From contig DATFDO010000196.1 in assembly GCA_035252045.1 (NCBI GenBank), forward strand, positions 1 through 44,816: 44,816 nt of DNA, read 5' to 3'. Within the stretch, counting starts at the first letter, position 1. Each line of letters begins with the position of its first letter. A program made the position numbers and the translations under genes. Under the pieces are notes generated by a model. The model was given only the letters and a program-made list of their open reading frames with translations. It was not told where the DNA came from and did no database searches. Source of the DNA: Pseudonocardiaceae bacterium (GTDB taxonomy: Bacteria; Actinomycetota; Actinomycetes; Mycobacteriales; Pseudonocardiaceae). Positions 24,024 through 32,656 of the stretch are shown in pieces.

Positions 24024-26438
24024 TCACGAAGGATCCCGCTCCTGTTGTTTGTCTCGACCCTGTTCCTGCTCGGCGGCAGCAACGTTGCTTTTCACCTGAA
24101 GGAAGCTGTCGGGCGTGACGGAGATGGAATCGATGCCGGCGTTGACCAAAAAACGGGCGAAGTTCGGGTCGTCGCTGGGTCGCTGACCGCACAGCCCCAC
24201 CTTGCGATGCTTGCCGTGGGCTGAGTCGATCAGTTTTTCGACGCTTTTTGTGACAGCTGGACTGTTCTCGTCGAACAGCGATGCCAGCCGTTCGGAGTCT
24301 CGGTCAACGCCGAGGACGAGCTGGGTGAGATCGTTGCTGCCGATGGAGAACCCGTCGAAGCGCTCAGCGAAGTCCTCCGCGAGCAGGATGTTGGACGGTA
24401 TCTCCGCCATCACGTAGACCTGCAAGTCATTGCGCCCGCGGGACAGGCCGTGATCGGCCATGACCTCCAGGACTTGATCGGCTTCCTCCGGGGTGCGACA
24501 GAACGGGATCATGACGACCGTGTTGGTCAGCCCCATGTCGTCGCGTACTCGCCGGATGGCCTGGCACTCCAGGCCGAAACCCTGCCGGTAGCCCTCGCTG
24601 TAGTAGCGGCTTGATCCACGCCAGCCAAGCATCGGGTTTTCCTCGCCCGGCTCGAATGCCGTGCCACCGATGAGCCTGGCGTATTCGTTGGTCTTGAGAT
24701 CACTCATCCGGACGATCACCGGCTTTGGCCACCACGTGGCGGCGATGCGGGCAATCGCGTAGGCCAGGCGTTCGACGAAGAACTCGGTCTTGTCGTCGTA
24801 ACCGCGGGTCATCTCGGCGATCCGGTCGCGGGCGTCGGTGTCTTCGAGATCGTCGAAACCGACAAGCGCCATCGGGTGGATTTGGATCTGGTTGTTGATG
24901 ACGAATTCCATCCGGGCCAGGCCTACCCCGTCGGCCGGTAGCCGCCACCACCGGAATGCGGCTGACGGATCGGCCATGTTCAGCATGACCTCAGTCGTCG
25001 TGGTGGGGATGTCAGAGAGATCGATCTCGTGGTCCTGGTAGTCGAGGATGCCCTGGTAGACAACACCCGTGTCGCCCTCGGCGCACGAGACGGTGATCTC
25101 CTGCCCACTCGACAGGATGGCCGTGGCATTACCGGTCCCGACAACAGCGGCCACGCCCAGCTCCCGGCTCACAATGGCGGCGTGGGAGGTGCGGCCACCG
25201 TGGTCGGTGACGATCGCCGCGGCCCGCTTCATGATCGGCTCCCAGTCGGGGTCGGTGATGCCGGTGACGAGCACGGCGCCGTCTTCAAATCGGTCGATCT
25301 CGGTGGCGCTGCGCAGCTTGCAGACCTTCCCGGCAGCGATGGCATCACCGATGGCCAGACCTCTGGTCAACCGCTTACCGCGTTGGCTGAGCCGGTATGA
25401 ACGCATAGTCGAGGCGTCCTTGCGCGCATGCACAGTCTCGGGCCGCGCTTGGACGATGTAGAGCTCATCGCTCTCGCCGTCCTTGGCCCATTCCATGTCC
25501 GTCGGACCGCCGTAGTGGTCTTCAATCACGGTTGCCCACCTGGCCAGCTGCAGTATCTCCCGCTCCTCGAGGACGAAGCTCAACCGTTCCGTTTCCGTCG
25601 TCTCGACGATCTTCGTCGGATCGTCGACGGAGTCGTTGTAGACCATTTTGGACCGCTTGCGCCCGAGCTCCTTGGAGATCACCGGGCTCACTGCCTCGCT
25701 GTCCAGCAGTGGCTTGAAGACCAGGTACTCGTCCGGGTCCACCGTCCCTGCGACCACGGACTCGCCCAGACCCCAGGACGCGTTGAGGAGCACTACATGC
25801 GGGAAGCCGCTGTCGGTGTCGAGGGAGAACATCACCCCGGCCCCGGCCCGGTCGGAACGGACCATCTTCTGCACGCCGATGGCCAGCGCCACCTCGAGGT
25901 GGTCGAAGTCGTGGTCCTGCCGGTAATTGATCGCCCGGTCCGTGAACAGGGACGCGTAGCAACGCTTGCAGGCATTCAGCAACGCCGCTTCACCTCTGAC
26001 GTTGAGGAAGGTCTCCTGTTGACCGGCGAAGCTGGCCTCGGGTAGATCCTCCGCGGTGGCGCTGCTGCGCACCGCCACATCCGGATCCTGCCGCCGCAGG
26101 CGAGCGCCGAGTTCGCGGTATGCGTCCCTGAGCGCCTGGACAAGCTGTGGTGGAAACTCCGCGTCCAGCACCATCCGGCGGATGGCGTCGCCTACCTGCG
26201 CCAGGTCTGCGCCGCGGTGCCACGCCTGGATCTGCTCGGAGATGGCGGCGCGCAGGTTGTTAGCGTCCAGGAAGTCCCAGTATGCCTGGGCAGTGGTGGC
26301 AAACCCGCCCGGCACTCGGATGCCCTTCGGCGACAGGTTCCGGATCATTTCTCCGAGCGAGGCGTTCTTGCCACCGACCAGAGCAACGTCACCTGAGCTG
26401 AGCTGCTCGAACCATCTCACCACCCCGTGCTTGGCCAT
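24024..26438 (-). CDS. ppsA: phosphoenolpyruvate synthase (pyruvate, water dikinase)
   Basis: 804 aa. The N-terminus is VALVGGKNASLGEMI, the phosphohistidine motif is GGRTSHAAIVSRELGVAAVVG, and a C-terminal PEP-utilising TIM-barrel block is present (..GIGSNDLTQL.. type: FSIGSNDLTQLVLG). Confidence 0.95.
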   Translation of the reverse strand: MAKHGVVRWFEQLSSGDVALVGGKNASLGEMIRNLSPKGIRVPGGFATTAQAYWDFLDANNLRAAISEQIQAWHRGADLAQVGDAIRRMVLDAEFPPQLVQALRDAYRELGARLRRQDPDVAVRSSATAEDLPEASFAGQQETFLNVRGEAALLNACKRCYASLFTDRAINYRQDHDFDHLEVALAIGVQKMVRSDRAGAGVMFSLDTDSGFPHVVLLNASWGLGESVVAGTVDPDEYLVFKPLLDSEAVSPVISKELGRKRSKMVYNDSVDDPTKIVETTETERLSFVLEEREILQLARWATVIEDHYGGPTDMEWAKDGESDELYIVQARPETVHARKDASTMRSYRLSQRGKRLTRGLAIGDAIAAGKVCKLRSATEIDRFEDGAVLVTGITDPDWEPIMKRAAAIVTDHGGRTSHAAIVSRELGVAAVVGTGNATAILSSGQEITVSCAEGDTGVVYQGILDYQDHEIDLSDIPTTTTEVMLNMADPSAAFRWWRLPADGVGLARMEFVINNQIQIHPMALVGFDDLEDTDARDRIAEMTRGYDDKTEFFVERLAYAIARIAATWWPKPVIVRMSDLKTNEYARLIGGTAFEPGEENPMLGWRGSSRYYSEGYRQGFGLECQAIRRVRDDMGLTNTVVMIPFCRTPEEADQVLEVMADHGLSRGRNDLQVYVMAEIPSNILLAEDFAERFDGFSIGSNDLTQLVLGVDRDSERLASLFDENSPAVTKSVEKLIDSAHGKHRKVGLCGQRPSDDPNFARFLVNAGIDSISVTPDSFLQVKSNVAAAEQEQGRDKQQERDPS

Positions 26439-26616
26439 ACCGGGTCCTTCCCCAAAGCCACCAACCTACCGCTTGGGGATGCCCATCGCGTTCGGAGTGG
26501 AAACGCAGGCTTCACCGCGGTGGTGACACACAGCGGTCGTGTCGTCGCACAGGGGTGAGGCCATCTGGCTAACATGACCCACCGCTCCGCCGAGGGACAG
26601 GAAAACCTGGATCGCC

Positions 26617-27510
26617 ATGCACTGTCGCACGAAGGTCGCTCTCACCGTCGCGGTTGCCCTGGTTCTGGGCGGCACTGGCTGCGGTACATCTGAGTCGTCG
26701 TCTGGTCCGGAAACCATGATCGTGGCGGCGGCGGTCCCGGTTCCAGATTCACCTGCAGTGCCACCCGATACTGCTGTGTTCCCCGATTCCCCAGCTCTGC
26801 CCCCCGATTCCCCAGCTCTGCCGCCCGACACTCCGGCCCTGCCCCTCGATGCCCCGGCTCTGCCGCCCGACACTCCGGCCCTGCCGCCCGATGCCCCAGG
26901 TCTCCCCTCCGATGCCCCAGTACAGCCGCCTGATGGCCCAGCCTTGCCTCCTGATCCCGCAGCTCTGCCCCACGAGTTCGTCGCGCCCGCCGCACCAACC
27001 CACTTCGAGATATCCGGTTCGGCGTTCGACATCAAGGCCAAGGTCTGCCAGATGAACTACGTGCGACCGCTCAACCCGCCGGGCGATCAGAAGCACTCAG
27101 TGTGCTGGGTGCGGAAAGGCTTCGGCGTCGCTCCCGGCAGTGATTCCGGCGGCACGAGCTACATCCTCGGCCACGCGTGGGCGAAGTCCCCGCTGATCTT
27201 CAACCCGCTGTCCGAACTCGCGATGCAGGAAGTCACCGGGCACAACCCCGAGATGCAAAGTGGCGTCCCGACCTTCCCGGTAAAGGCGATCAACGGATAT
27301 AACATCGTGCTCCGCACCCCAACCGGCACCCTCACCTACACGGTCACGCGCGCATTCGCCGTCTCGAAATCACGAGCCGGAGACGTGAAGTCCCTCATGG
27401 CCAATACCCCGAACCGAGTGGTTCTCATCACCTGCGGTGTCAAGGATGGCGTCGACGTCGACTACAACATCATCGTGGACGCCTACTTGACATCCTCCAC
27501 TGCACGATGA
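26617..27510 (+). CDS. lipoprotein with Pro-rich heptad-repeat linker and sortase-like (class F-like) C-terminal domain
   Basis: Signal peptide plus lipobox: ALTVAVALVLGGTGC. About 11 units of PD(S/T/A)PALP follow. The C-terminal domain carries a His in TSYILGHAW and a Cys in RVVLITCG, arranged as in sortases. I cannot see the conserved Arg after the Cys. Confidence 0.65.
   Translation: MHCRTKVALTVAVALVLGGTGCGTSESSSGPETMIVAAAVPVPDSPAVPPDTAVFPDSPALPPDSPALPPDTPALPLDAPALPPDTPALPPDAPGLPSDAPVQPPDGPALPPDPAALPHEFVAPAAPTHFEISGSAFDIKAKVCQMNYVRPLNPPGDQKHSVCWVRKGFGVAPGSDSGGTSYILGHAWAKSPLIFNPLSELAMQEVTGHNPEMQSGVPTFPVKAINGYNIVLRTPTGTLTYTVTRAFAVSKSRAGDVKSLMANTPNRVVLITCGVKDGVDVDYNIIVDAYLTSSTAR
26746..26973 (+). 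repeat. tandem 21-bp coding repeat (about 11 units, one of 18 bp)
   Basis: Units of the form GAT/GAC-nCC-CCA/CCG-GCT/GCC-CTG-CCn-CCC are read contiguously. They encode PDxPALP heptads inside ORF 26617-27510. Confidence 0.9.
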
Positions 27511-27513
27511 AAG

Positions 27514-28362
27514 TCAGGGATGCTTCACCAGAACGGCGCGGGTATAGAGCAAATCAAAGCCCCGACGCTGCGCGTTCTGCTGAGACTTCGACCCCGGCTG
27601 CGTGGTGATGACGGCGATATCGCAGCCACCGGCTGCGGCGTCGGCGATCCGGGCCGACAGCAGCGCGGTCTGAATACCCCGGCGGCGGTGCGTCGGCGCG
27701 GTCGCCGCGCCGGCGAGCTGCGCGACACCGTCTGCCATGCGGAAGCTGGCACCGCCGGCGATGACTCCGTGGCGTAGCGCGACGTAGCGCAGGACGCCGA
27801 TCGCCGCTAAATCTCCCATGACTTTCGCGATGACCTCGCGCGGATACTCTTCGTTCGAGGGCACCCCTTGCGTGTCGGGGTGGGTGAAGCCATCTGCCAC
27901 GACGTCGAGCCAAGCGTCGAACTCGTCGTCACCGCTGGGCCGGACCTCAACGCCGGCTGGCAGGACTCGCTCGGGCTCGCCGTCGAGCGCCAGGCCCAGC
28001 ACGTTTTCGAACCATGCCAGCTGATAGCCGCGATCGGTCAAAAGAGCACCGATCGCGGGATCGGCGAGGTGGGACAGTTCGACCTGCACGGGTGCGCCGC
28101 AGGCGGTGAAGGCCTGCTCGATCTCGTCGAGAGCGGCCACACTCGGCACCCCGCCGAAGCCCAGCCCCGTGACCTTGTTGAACGGCGAGCCTGCTTCGGC
28201 GAAGCTCGCCACGCCGCCCGCCAGAGGGATCACGAAGCCTGCCGCGGCCGCCCTGCGACGGTGGGCTGCCTCGCTGCCCGTGGCGATGAGCTGCGCCTCG
28301 GCCCGCTCGATGCGCTCGGCCAGGGCAGTGCCGCAGAACAGCGGCAATCGACCGGTGTTCAC
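27514..28362 (-). CDS. GNAT-family N-acetyltransferase
   Basis: 282 aa. The acetyl-CoA motif A is APTHRRRGIQTALLSARIADAAAGG and the C-terminus has NAQRRGFDLLYTR. The GTG start overlaps the upstream ABC gene stop (GTGA). Confidence 0.85.
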   Translation of the reverse strand: MNTGRLPLFCGTALAERIERAEAQLIATGSEAAHRRRAAAAGFVIPLAGGVASFAEAGSPFNKVTGLGFGGVPSVAALDEIEQAFTACGAPVQVELSHLADPAIGALLTDRGYQLAWFENVLGLALDGEPERVLPAGVEVRPSGDDEFDAWLDVVADGFTHPDTQGVPSNEEYPREVIAKVMGDLAAIGVLRYVALRHGVIAGGASFRMADGVAQLAGAATAPTHRRRGIQTALLSARIADAAAGGCDIAVITTQPGSKSQQNAQRRGFDLLYTRAVLVKHP

Positions 28363-30239
28363 GGTTCCTCAGCGGCGCTCAGAACCCGGTCGACGCGTTG
28401 CGGCACCGACCGCAAGATATCGGCGTTGTCGGCAAGGAACCCACCCGACTGGTGGTGCCAGAGCTTGGCGTAAGTGCCCCGCCGCCCAAGCAGCTCTGCG
28501 TGGGTGCCCTGCTCGACGATCCTGCCGCGGTCGAGGACAACGAGCTGATCCATTCGCGCGACGGTGCTCAGCCGGTGAGCCACGACGAGCGCGGTCCGGC
28601 CCTCCATGAGCTGCCACAGGGCTTGCTGGACGAGGAGCTCGCTTTCCGAGTCCAGCGCGCTGGTGGCCTCGTCTAGCAGCAGAATCGGCGCGTTGCGCAG
28701 GATGGCGCGGGCGATCGCGACCCGCTGGCGCTGGCCGCCGGACAGCTTGATCCCGCGTTCCCCGACCAGAGTGTCCAACCCGTCGGGCAGGGCCTCGGCG
28801 AACTCGCTGACGTGTGCCGCTCGGGCGGCACCGTGGATCTCCGCGTCGCTGGCACCCGGCCTGGCGAATGCGATGTTGTCGCGCAGTGTCCGGTGGAACA
28901 TCGCCGGGTCCTGTGGCACGTAGGCGATCAGGCTGCGCAGGTCTGCCTGACGTAGCCGGGAGATGTCCTGACCACCGATGAGGATTCGGCCGCCGTCGAC
29001 ATCCATCATCCGCAACAGCAGCCGGGACAGCGTGCTCTTGCCGCCGCCGGAACGGCCGACGAGACCAACCTTGGTGCCGCTGGGGACCGTCAGGTCCAGC
29101 CCGGTGAACAGCGGCGGTGCCCCGGCGTGGGCGAAGCTCACCTGCTCGAAGCGGACGTCGGCGGCAGCCGGTCGCAGCGGCTCCGGCGAGATCGGATCGA
29201 CCACGGTCGGCGAGGTAAGGAGTAGTTCGGTGAACTGGGCGGCCTCGGTCAGGGAGCTTTCCAGCCGCCGGTAGATCTGGTTGAACTCGAACATGATCCG
29301 GGTCGCGTTGGTGTAGTAGGCGAAGGTCACCACGATCGCCTCCACGCCGAGCCGTCCGCCGCCGAGGCTGACGGCCACGACCAGGCCCAGCACGTTGGTG
29401 AGCACGGACATCGGCGCGACCAGGGTGTCGATCCGCAGGTTGGCATAGTCCCAGGAACGGATGGACAGCATTCGCGCTTCGGCGACGCGGGTCTGGTGCT
29501 CGGTAGCCTCATGATCCTCGGCAGCGAAGGCTCGCACCGTCTCCATGTTCATCAGGCTGTCGGCAACATGGCCGGACACTCGCGCGATGGCGGCCTCCCG
29601 CTGATCGACCAGTGCCTGGCGGCGACGGATCAGTGGGGCGATGACCAGACCGGTGACCACGATGAGGCTGACCAAAACGACGACTAGCAGGGGGTCGTAG
29701 CGCCACAGAACCACCGACGCGAACGCCAACGGCAGGATACTGGCCACAACGTTGAACGCGAGGGTGTCGACGAACTCCTCGAACTGCGCGGCGAAGCTCA
29801 GCGCACGCTTGGTCAGCGAACCGGCGAAATTGTCGTGGAAGAACGCTGCGTCCTTGGCGAGCAGCTTATCCATGGCGACCACGTACAGGTTCTCGATCCC
29901 GCGGCCGTCCGTGCGGTTCAAGCAGTGCACGCCAGCGCGCCACAACAGCTCCGTCAAGAGCAGAAGAGCGGTGAAGCCGAGGACATAGGGCAGCGCCGTC
30001 GCAGCCGAACTGTCGGTACCGCCGGCTAGGCGGCCCGCGAGCTGGGCAACGATCAACGGAGCGAGGTAGAGCAGGCAGATGTTGGCCAATGCCGGCAGTA
30101 CCAGTGCAGGCACGGCGACCAGCCGGTTGCGGGCCAGCTCACGGCCGTAATAGCGCAAGGCCAGCATCACCGCCGCCTTGCGGGTGGGCGAACCGCGGCG
30201 GGACACGTCCGTGCCATCGCGGGATTCGGGCCCAGCCAT
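28359..30239 (-). CDS. ABC exporter, fused permease/ATPase (MsbA/MdlB type)
   Basis: A six-helix TMD is followed by an NBD with Walker A GRSGGGKST, signature LSGGQRQR and Walker B ILLLDEATSALD. I prefer the start at ATG 30239 (SD GGAGGGGG about 7 nt upstream). The track ORF begins at 30329. There is no C39 peptidase domain. Confidence 0.88.
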   Translation of the reverse strand: MAGPESRDGTDVSRRGSPTRKAAVMLALRYYGRELARNRLVAVPALVLPALANICLLYLAPLIVAQLAGRLAGGTDSSAATALPYVLGFTALLLLTELLWRAGVHCLNRTDGRGIENLYVVAMDKLLAKDAAFFHDNFAGSLTKRALSFAAQFEEFVDTLAFNVVASILPLAFASVVLWRYDPLLVVVLVSLIVVTGLVIAPLIRRRQALVDQREAAIARVSGHVADSLMNMETVRAFAAEDHEATEHQTRVAEARMLSIRSWDYANLRIDTLVAPMSVLTNVLGLVVAVSLGGGRLGVEAIVVTFAYYTNATRIMFEFNQIYRRLESSLTEAAQFTELLLTSPTVVDPISPEPLRPAAADVRFEQVSFAHAGAPPLFTGLDLTVPSGTKVGLVGRSGGGKSTLSRLLLRMMDVDGGRILIGGQDISRLRQADLRSLIAYVPQDPAMFHRTLRDNIAFARPGASDAEIHGAARAAHVSEFAEALPDGLDTLVGERGIKLSGGQRQRVAIARAILRNAPILLLDEATSALDSESELLVQQALWQLMEGRTALVVAHRLSTVARMDQLVVLDRGRIVEQGTHAELLGRRGTYAKLWHHQSGGFLADNADILRSVPQRVDRVLSAAEEP

Positions 30240-30395
30240 CCGTCCCCCTCCGATCCAGCCGGCGAGCAGCCAGCTCGTCGATGCTGCCGCATGGACAAAG
30301 TCAAAGCGATCGAATATCGGGAGCCACACGAATCGAAAATCGTTACAGATGCAGGGCGAACACGATGTCGAATCGCGCTCGCGCAGACAGATTCA

Positions 30396-31028
30396 CTATG
30401 GTCGCAGCCGAGCCACGAGCTCGCCGCGGCTGCGGACGCCGACCTTGGCGAACACCGATTTCAGGTGGTCTTGCACCGTGTGGGCGGAGATGAACAGCCG
30501 CCCGGCGATGTCGGTGGTCGAATGTCCGGCGATCACCTCACGGCAGATGTCGCGCTCGCGAGGCGTCAATCCATAGGCGAGGAGCAATAGGCCGATCAAT
30601 TGATCGCCGGCTGCGGGCTCGATGGTGACTGCGGTCTGGTTGTCGTCCTCGCCGATCAGTGGGCTTGCCTGCAGGACGGCCCACTGGCCACGCGCGTCCC
30701 GTAGCCGCGCCCGGAAACCGCCCGACGCTGCGGCGCGGGCACCCGCAGCCATCACCCGCATCATCACCATGAACCGGCCGGGTGCGGTCTCCTCGAGCCG
30801 GTCCTGCCACTGCCGTGCGGCAGGCGTTGCTGCGCGAAGCTCGCCCCGCGGACCGACGACAACGATCGCCGGATGGCCACACACGTCCAGCCGCATGCCG
30901 GGCGAGCGCACCGCCAACCTGGTCGCCGTCGCGATGGCTGGGCCCACCGCGGCGAGGAACTCCGTCTCGCGGTCAGAGAAGTCGCGGCCGGCCCGCACCA
31001 TGCCTGCCGCACCCCAGCACCACCCCAT
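30396..31028 (-). CDS. LuxR-family transcriptional regulator (probably N-terminally truncated or frameshifted)
   Basis: The C-terminal HTH is LTPRERDICREVIAGHSTTDIAGRLFISAHTVQDHLKSVFAKVGVRSRGELVARL. The sensor-like region begins abruptly at MGWCWGAAGMVRAGRDF. The preceding conserved piece (..DRELRVLFLADG) is in another frame. Confidence 0.75.
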   Translation of the reverse strand: MGWCWGAAGMVRAGRDFSDRETEFLAAVGPAIATATRLAVRSPGMRLDVCGHPAIVVVGPRGELRAATPAARQWQDRLEETAPGRFMVMMRVMAAGARAAASGGFRARLRDARGQWAVLQASPLIGEDDNQTAVTIEPAAGDQLIGLLLLAYGLTPRERDICREVIAGHSTTDIAGRLFISAHTVQDHLKSVFAKVGVRSRGELVARLRP

Positions 31029-31116
31029 CGGCCAAGAACAGCACGCGCAGTTCCCGATCCAGCCCCACCAGAATTCTGGGATCGATTCGACCCGGTGGGC
31101 GACTTAAGTCGACAGC

Positions 31117-31581
31117 ATGACGCACCTGGTTCAGCACACCGCGGCCGGCGAAGGCATCGAACTGACCGCCCCCGACGGGGTGCTCACCGTGAAGATCGAC
31201 GCGGGACACACTGACGGTGACTACGAGCTGTTCGAGGTCGACGCACCGCGGGGGCCGGCCATGCCGGCGCACCGGACCGGCTGGAGCAAGGCGTACTACG
31301 TGCTCCACGGTCGGATGATCGTCCAGGTCGAGGCGCAGGGCTTCGACCTCGGGCCAGGGTCGTCGATCACTATCCCGGCGGCAGCCCTGCACACCTTCAC
31401 GGTCCTCAGCCCGACGGTGAAATTCTTGGTGGTGAGCCTGACTGCAGCCATGGGCAGATTCCACGCCGATCTCGACGCCACGCTGCCCCACGGCCGCCCG
31501 ATCGAGGAAGCTGCGCAGCAGATCCAGCAGGTCCTGGACCGCCACGACGTGACCGTGGCCGGTTTCCAGGCTGTCCGATGA
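31117..31581 (+). CDS. cupin-domain protein
   Basis: 154 aa. Beta-barrel motifs: ...GDYELFEVDAPRGPAMPAHRTGWSKAYYVLHGRMIVQV...GSSITIPAAALHTF... Confidence 0.7.
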   Translation: MTHLVQHTAAGEGIELTAPDGVLTVKIDAGHTDGDYELFEVDAPRGPAMPAHRTGWSKAYYVLHGRMIVQVEAQGFDLGPGSSITIPAAALHTFTVLSPTVKFLVVSLTAAMGRFHADLDATLPHGRPIEEAAQQIQQVLDRHDVTVAGFQAVR

Positions 31582-31759
31582 CCGTCGACGTGTGGACCCA
31601 CGTTGCCTCCGAGCGGCAGAGTTGGCCGAATTTCCTGGAGGCCTTCGAAACCGTGACGACACCGCCGAGGCACTGCTACTCGCGGTAAGAGGCCGGCCAA
31701 TCGGCCGCGACAAGCTCCCCGGGCCGGGCGCGACGCTGCTCCACACGCAGCTCACATAG
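31578..31759 (+). pseudogene. internally deleted, frameshifted remnant of a DinB/mycothiol-dependent (TIGR03083-like) protein
   Basis: An ATGA-coupled start gives MTVDVWTHVASERQSWPNFLEAFET.. (N-terminal-like). After a frame change comes ..DDTAEALLLAVRGRPIGRDKLPGPGATLLHTQL (C-terminal-like). The middle of the protein is missing. Pattern recognition only. Confidence 0.25.
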
Positions 31760-32017
31760 TCGTTGAACGTTGCTGCCTACCCCAATCGTGGAAGACATGC
31801 CTCCACTAGCGGAACTGCCCCACAATTTGATTACAGAGAAGAAGAAAGCTGCATGATCGTCTCACCCATATGGTCCGCAGCTATTCCAGCGAGGCCGCGG
31901 ATCCTCAACTTGGGCGGCTCCATCCACATCATCCCCACAGCTTGCCCACGGGCGGTACACAATCCACATCCGCTGTCCACATGATGTGGATGTCCCCGCC
32001 GGCGAGCCGCGCATACG

Positions 32018-32512
32018 GTGCGGACCGTGAGCCAGACGCCAACCTATGACCAGTTGCGTGGCGAGCGAATCAACGCCGAGGTCCCGCCCAGCGAGGATTA
32101 CCCGCCACGCGCCGATCAGCTCGGCAAACATCGCCCCACGGACGACGCACCACATGCGACGGCACCCGGTCAGCCACCGAAGCCAGCATCTGACCTCACG
32201 CCAGCTTGGTCCTGGTTCGATCCCATCGACGCCAGTTCACTCGGCAGGCACCACCTCTGGGGTGATGTACGGGAATCGGCGGAGGTGCGCGGTCAGCCAC
32301 CCGATCCTCCGGCGTGCCGCTCGGCGCCGCCGTCGCTCACCGGACCGCAAGCAGCCCTTCCACCGGTAGCCCACGCACGGCACGCACCACTGCCCGGCGC
32401 AAGGAGCTGCCCCCCACCTGAATCCGACGATGCTCAGCCGGGACCGGGAGGCCAGCCGCAATCGGTACACCGCGCCGGAACTCAATATTCGATGCCGAAA
32501 GCCGTCCACTAG
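32018..32512 (+). CDS. Pro-rich hypothetical protein
   Basis: The N-terminus ..TPTYDQLRGERINAEVPPSE resembles a conserved actinobacterial hypothetical N-terminal motif. The rest is low-complexity and Pro-rich, and the GTG start is uncertain. Confidence 0.35.
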   Translation: MRTVSQTPTYDQLRGERINAEVPPSEDYPPRADQLGKHRPTDDAPHATAPGQPPKPASDLTPAWSWFDPIDASSLGRHHLWGDVRESAEVRGQPPDPPACRSAPPSLTGPQAALPPVAHARHAPLPGARSCPPPESDDAQPGPGGQPQSVHRAGTQYSMPKAVH

Positions 32513-32656
32513 CAGGCCGGCTCCCGTACGACCTACAGCTCAAAGACCACGGGACGCGGCCTGGCAGCCCACCGCACTGCGTGGTGACCCGACCTGAGCT
32601 CCCCGACTGTCGAGATAACGCCCCCGAGCTACGATGCGCGGGCGCGAGGTGAACAG

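Noticed and set aside
26746-26973. Regular 21-bp repeats that could be mistaken for a CRISPR-like array.
   Set aside because: The units are contiguous with no spacers, are in frame, and encode PDxPALP heptads inside a lipoprotein gene. No cas genes are present.
26466-27041. Minus-strand ORF with a GRAGVSGGRAGASRGRAG repeat.
   Set aside because: It is the antisense mirror of the Pro-rich coding repeat. The plus-strand gene has a signal peptide, a lipobox and a folded C-terminal domain.
32214-32224. GGTTCGATCCC, a tRNA T-loop-like string.
   Set aside because: The flanking bases (CCTGG / CCATC) cannot form a T-stem and no acceptor or anticodon arms can be drawn. It lies inside ORF 32018-32512.
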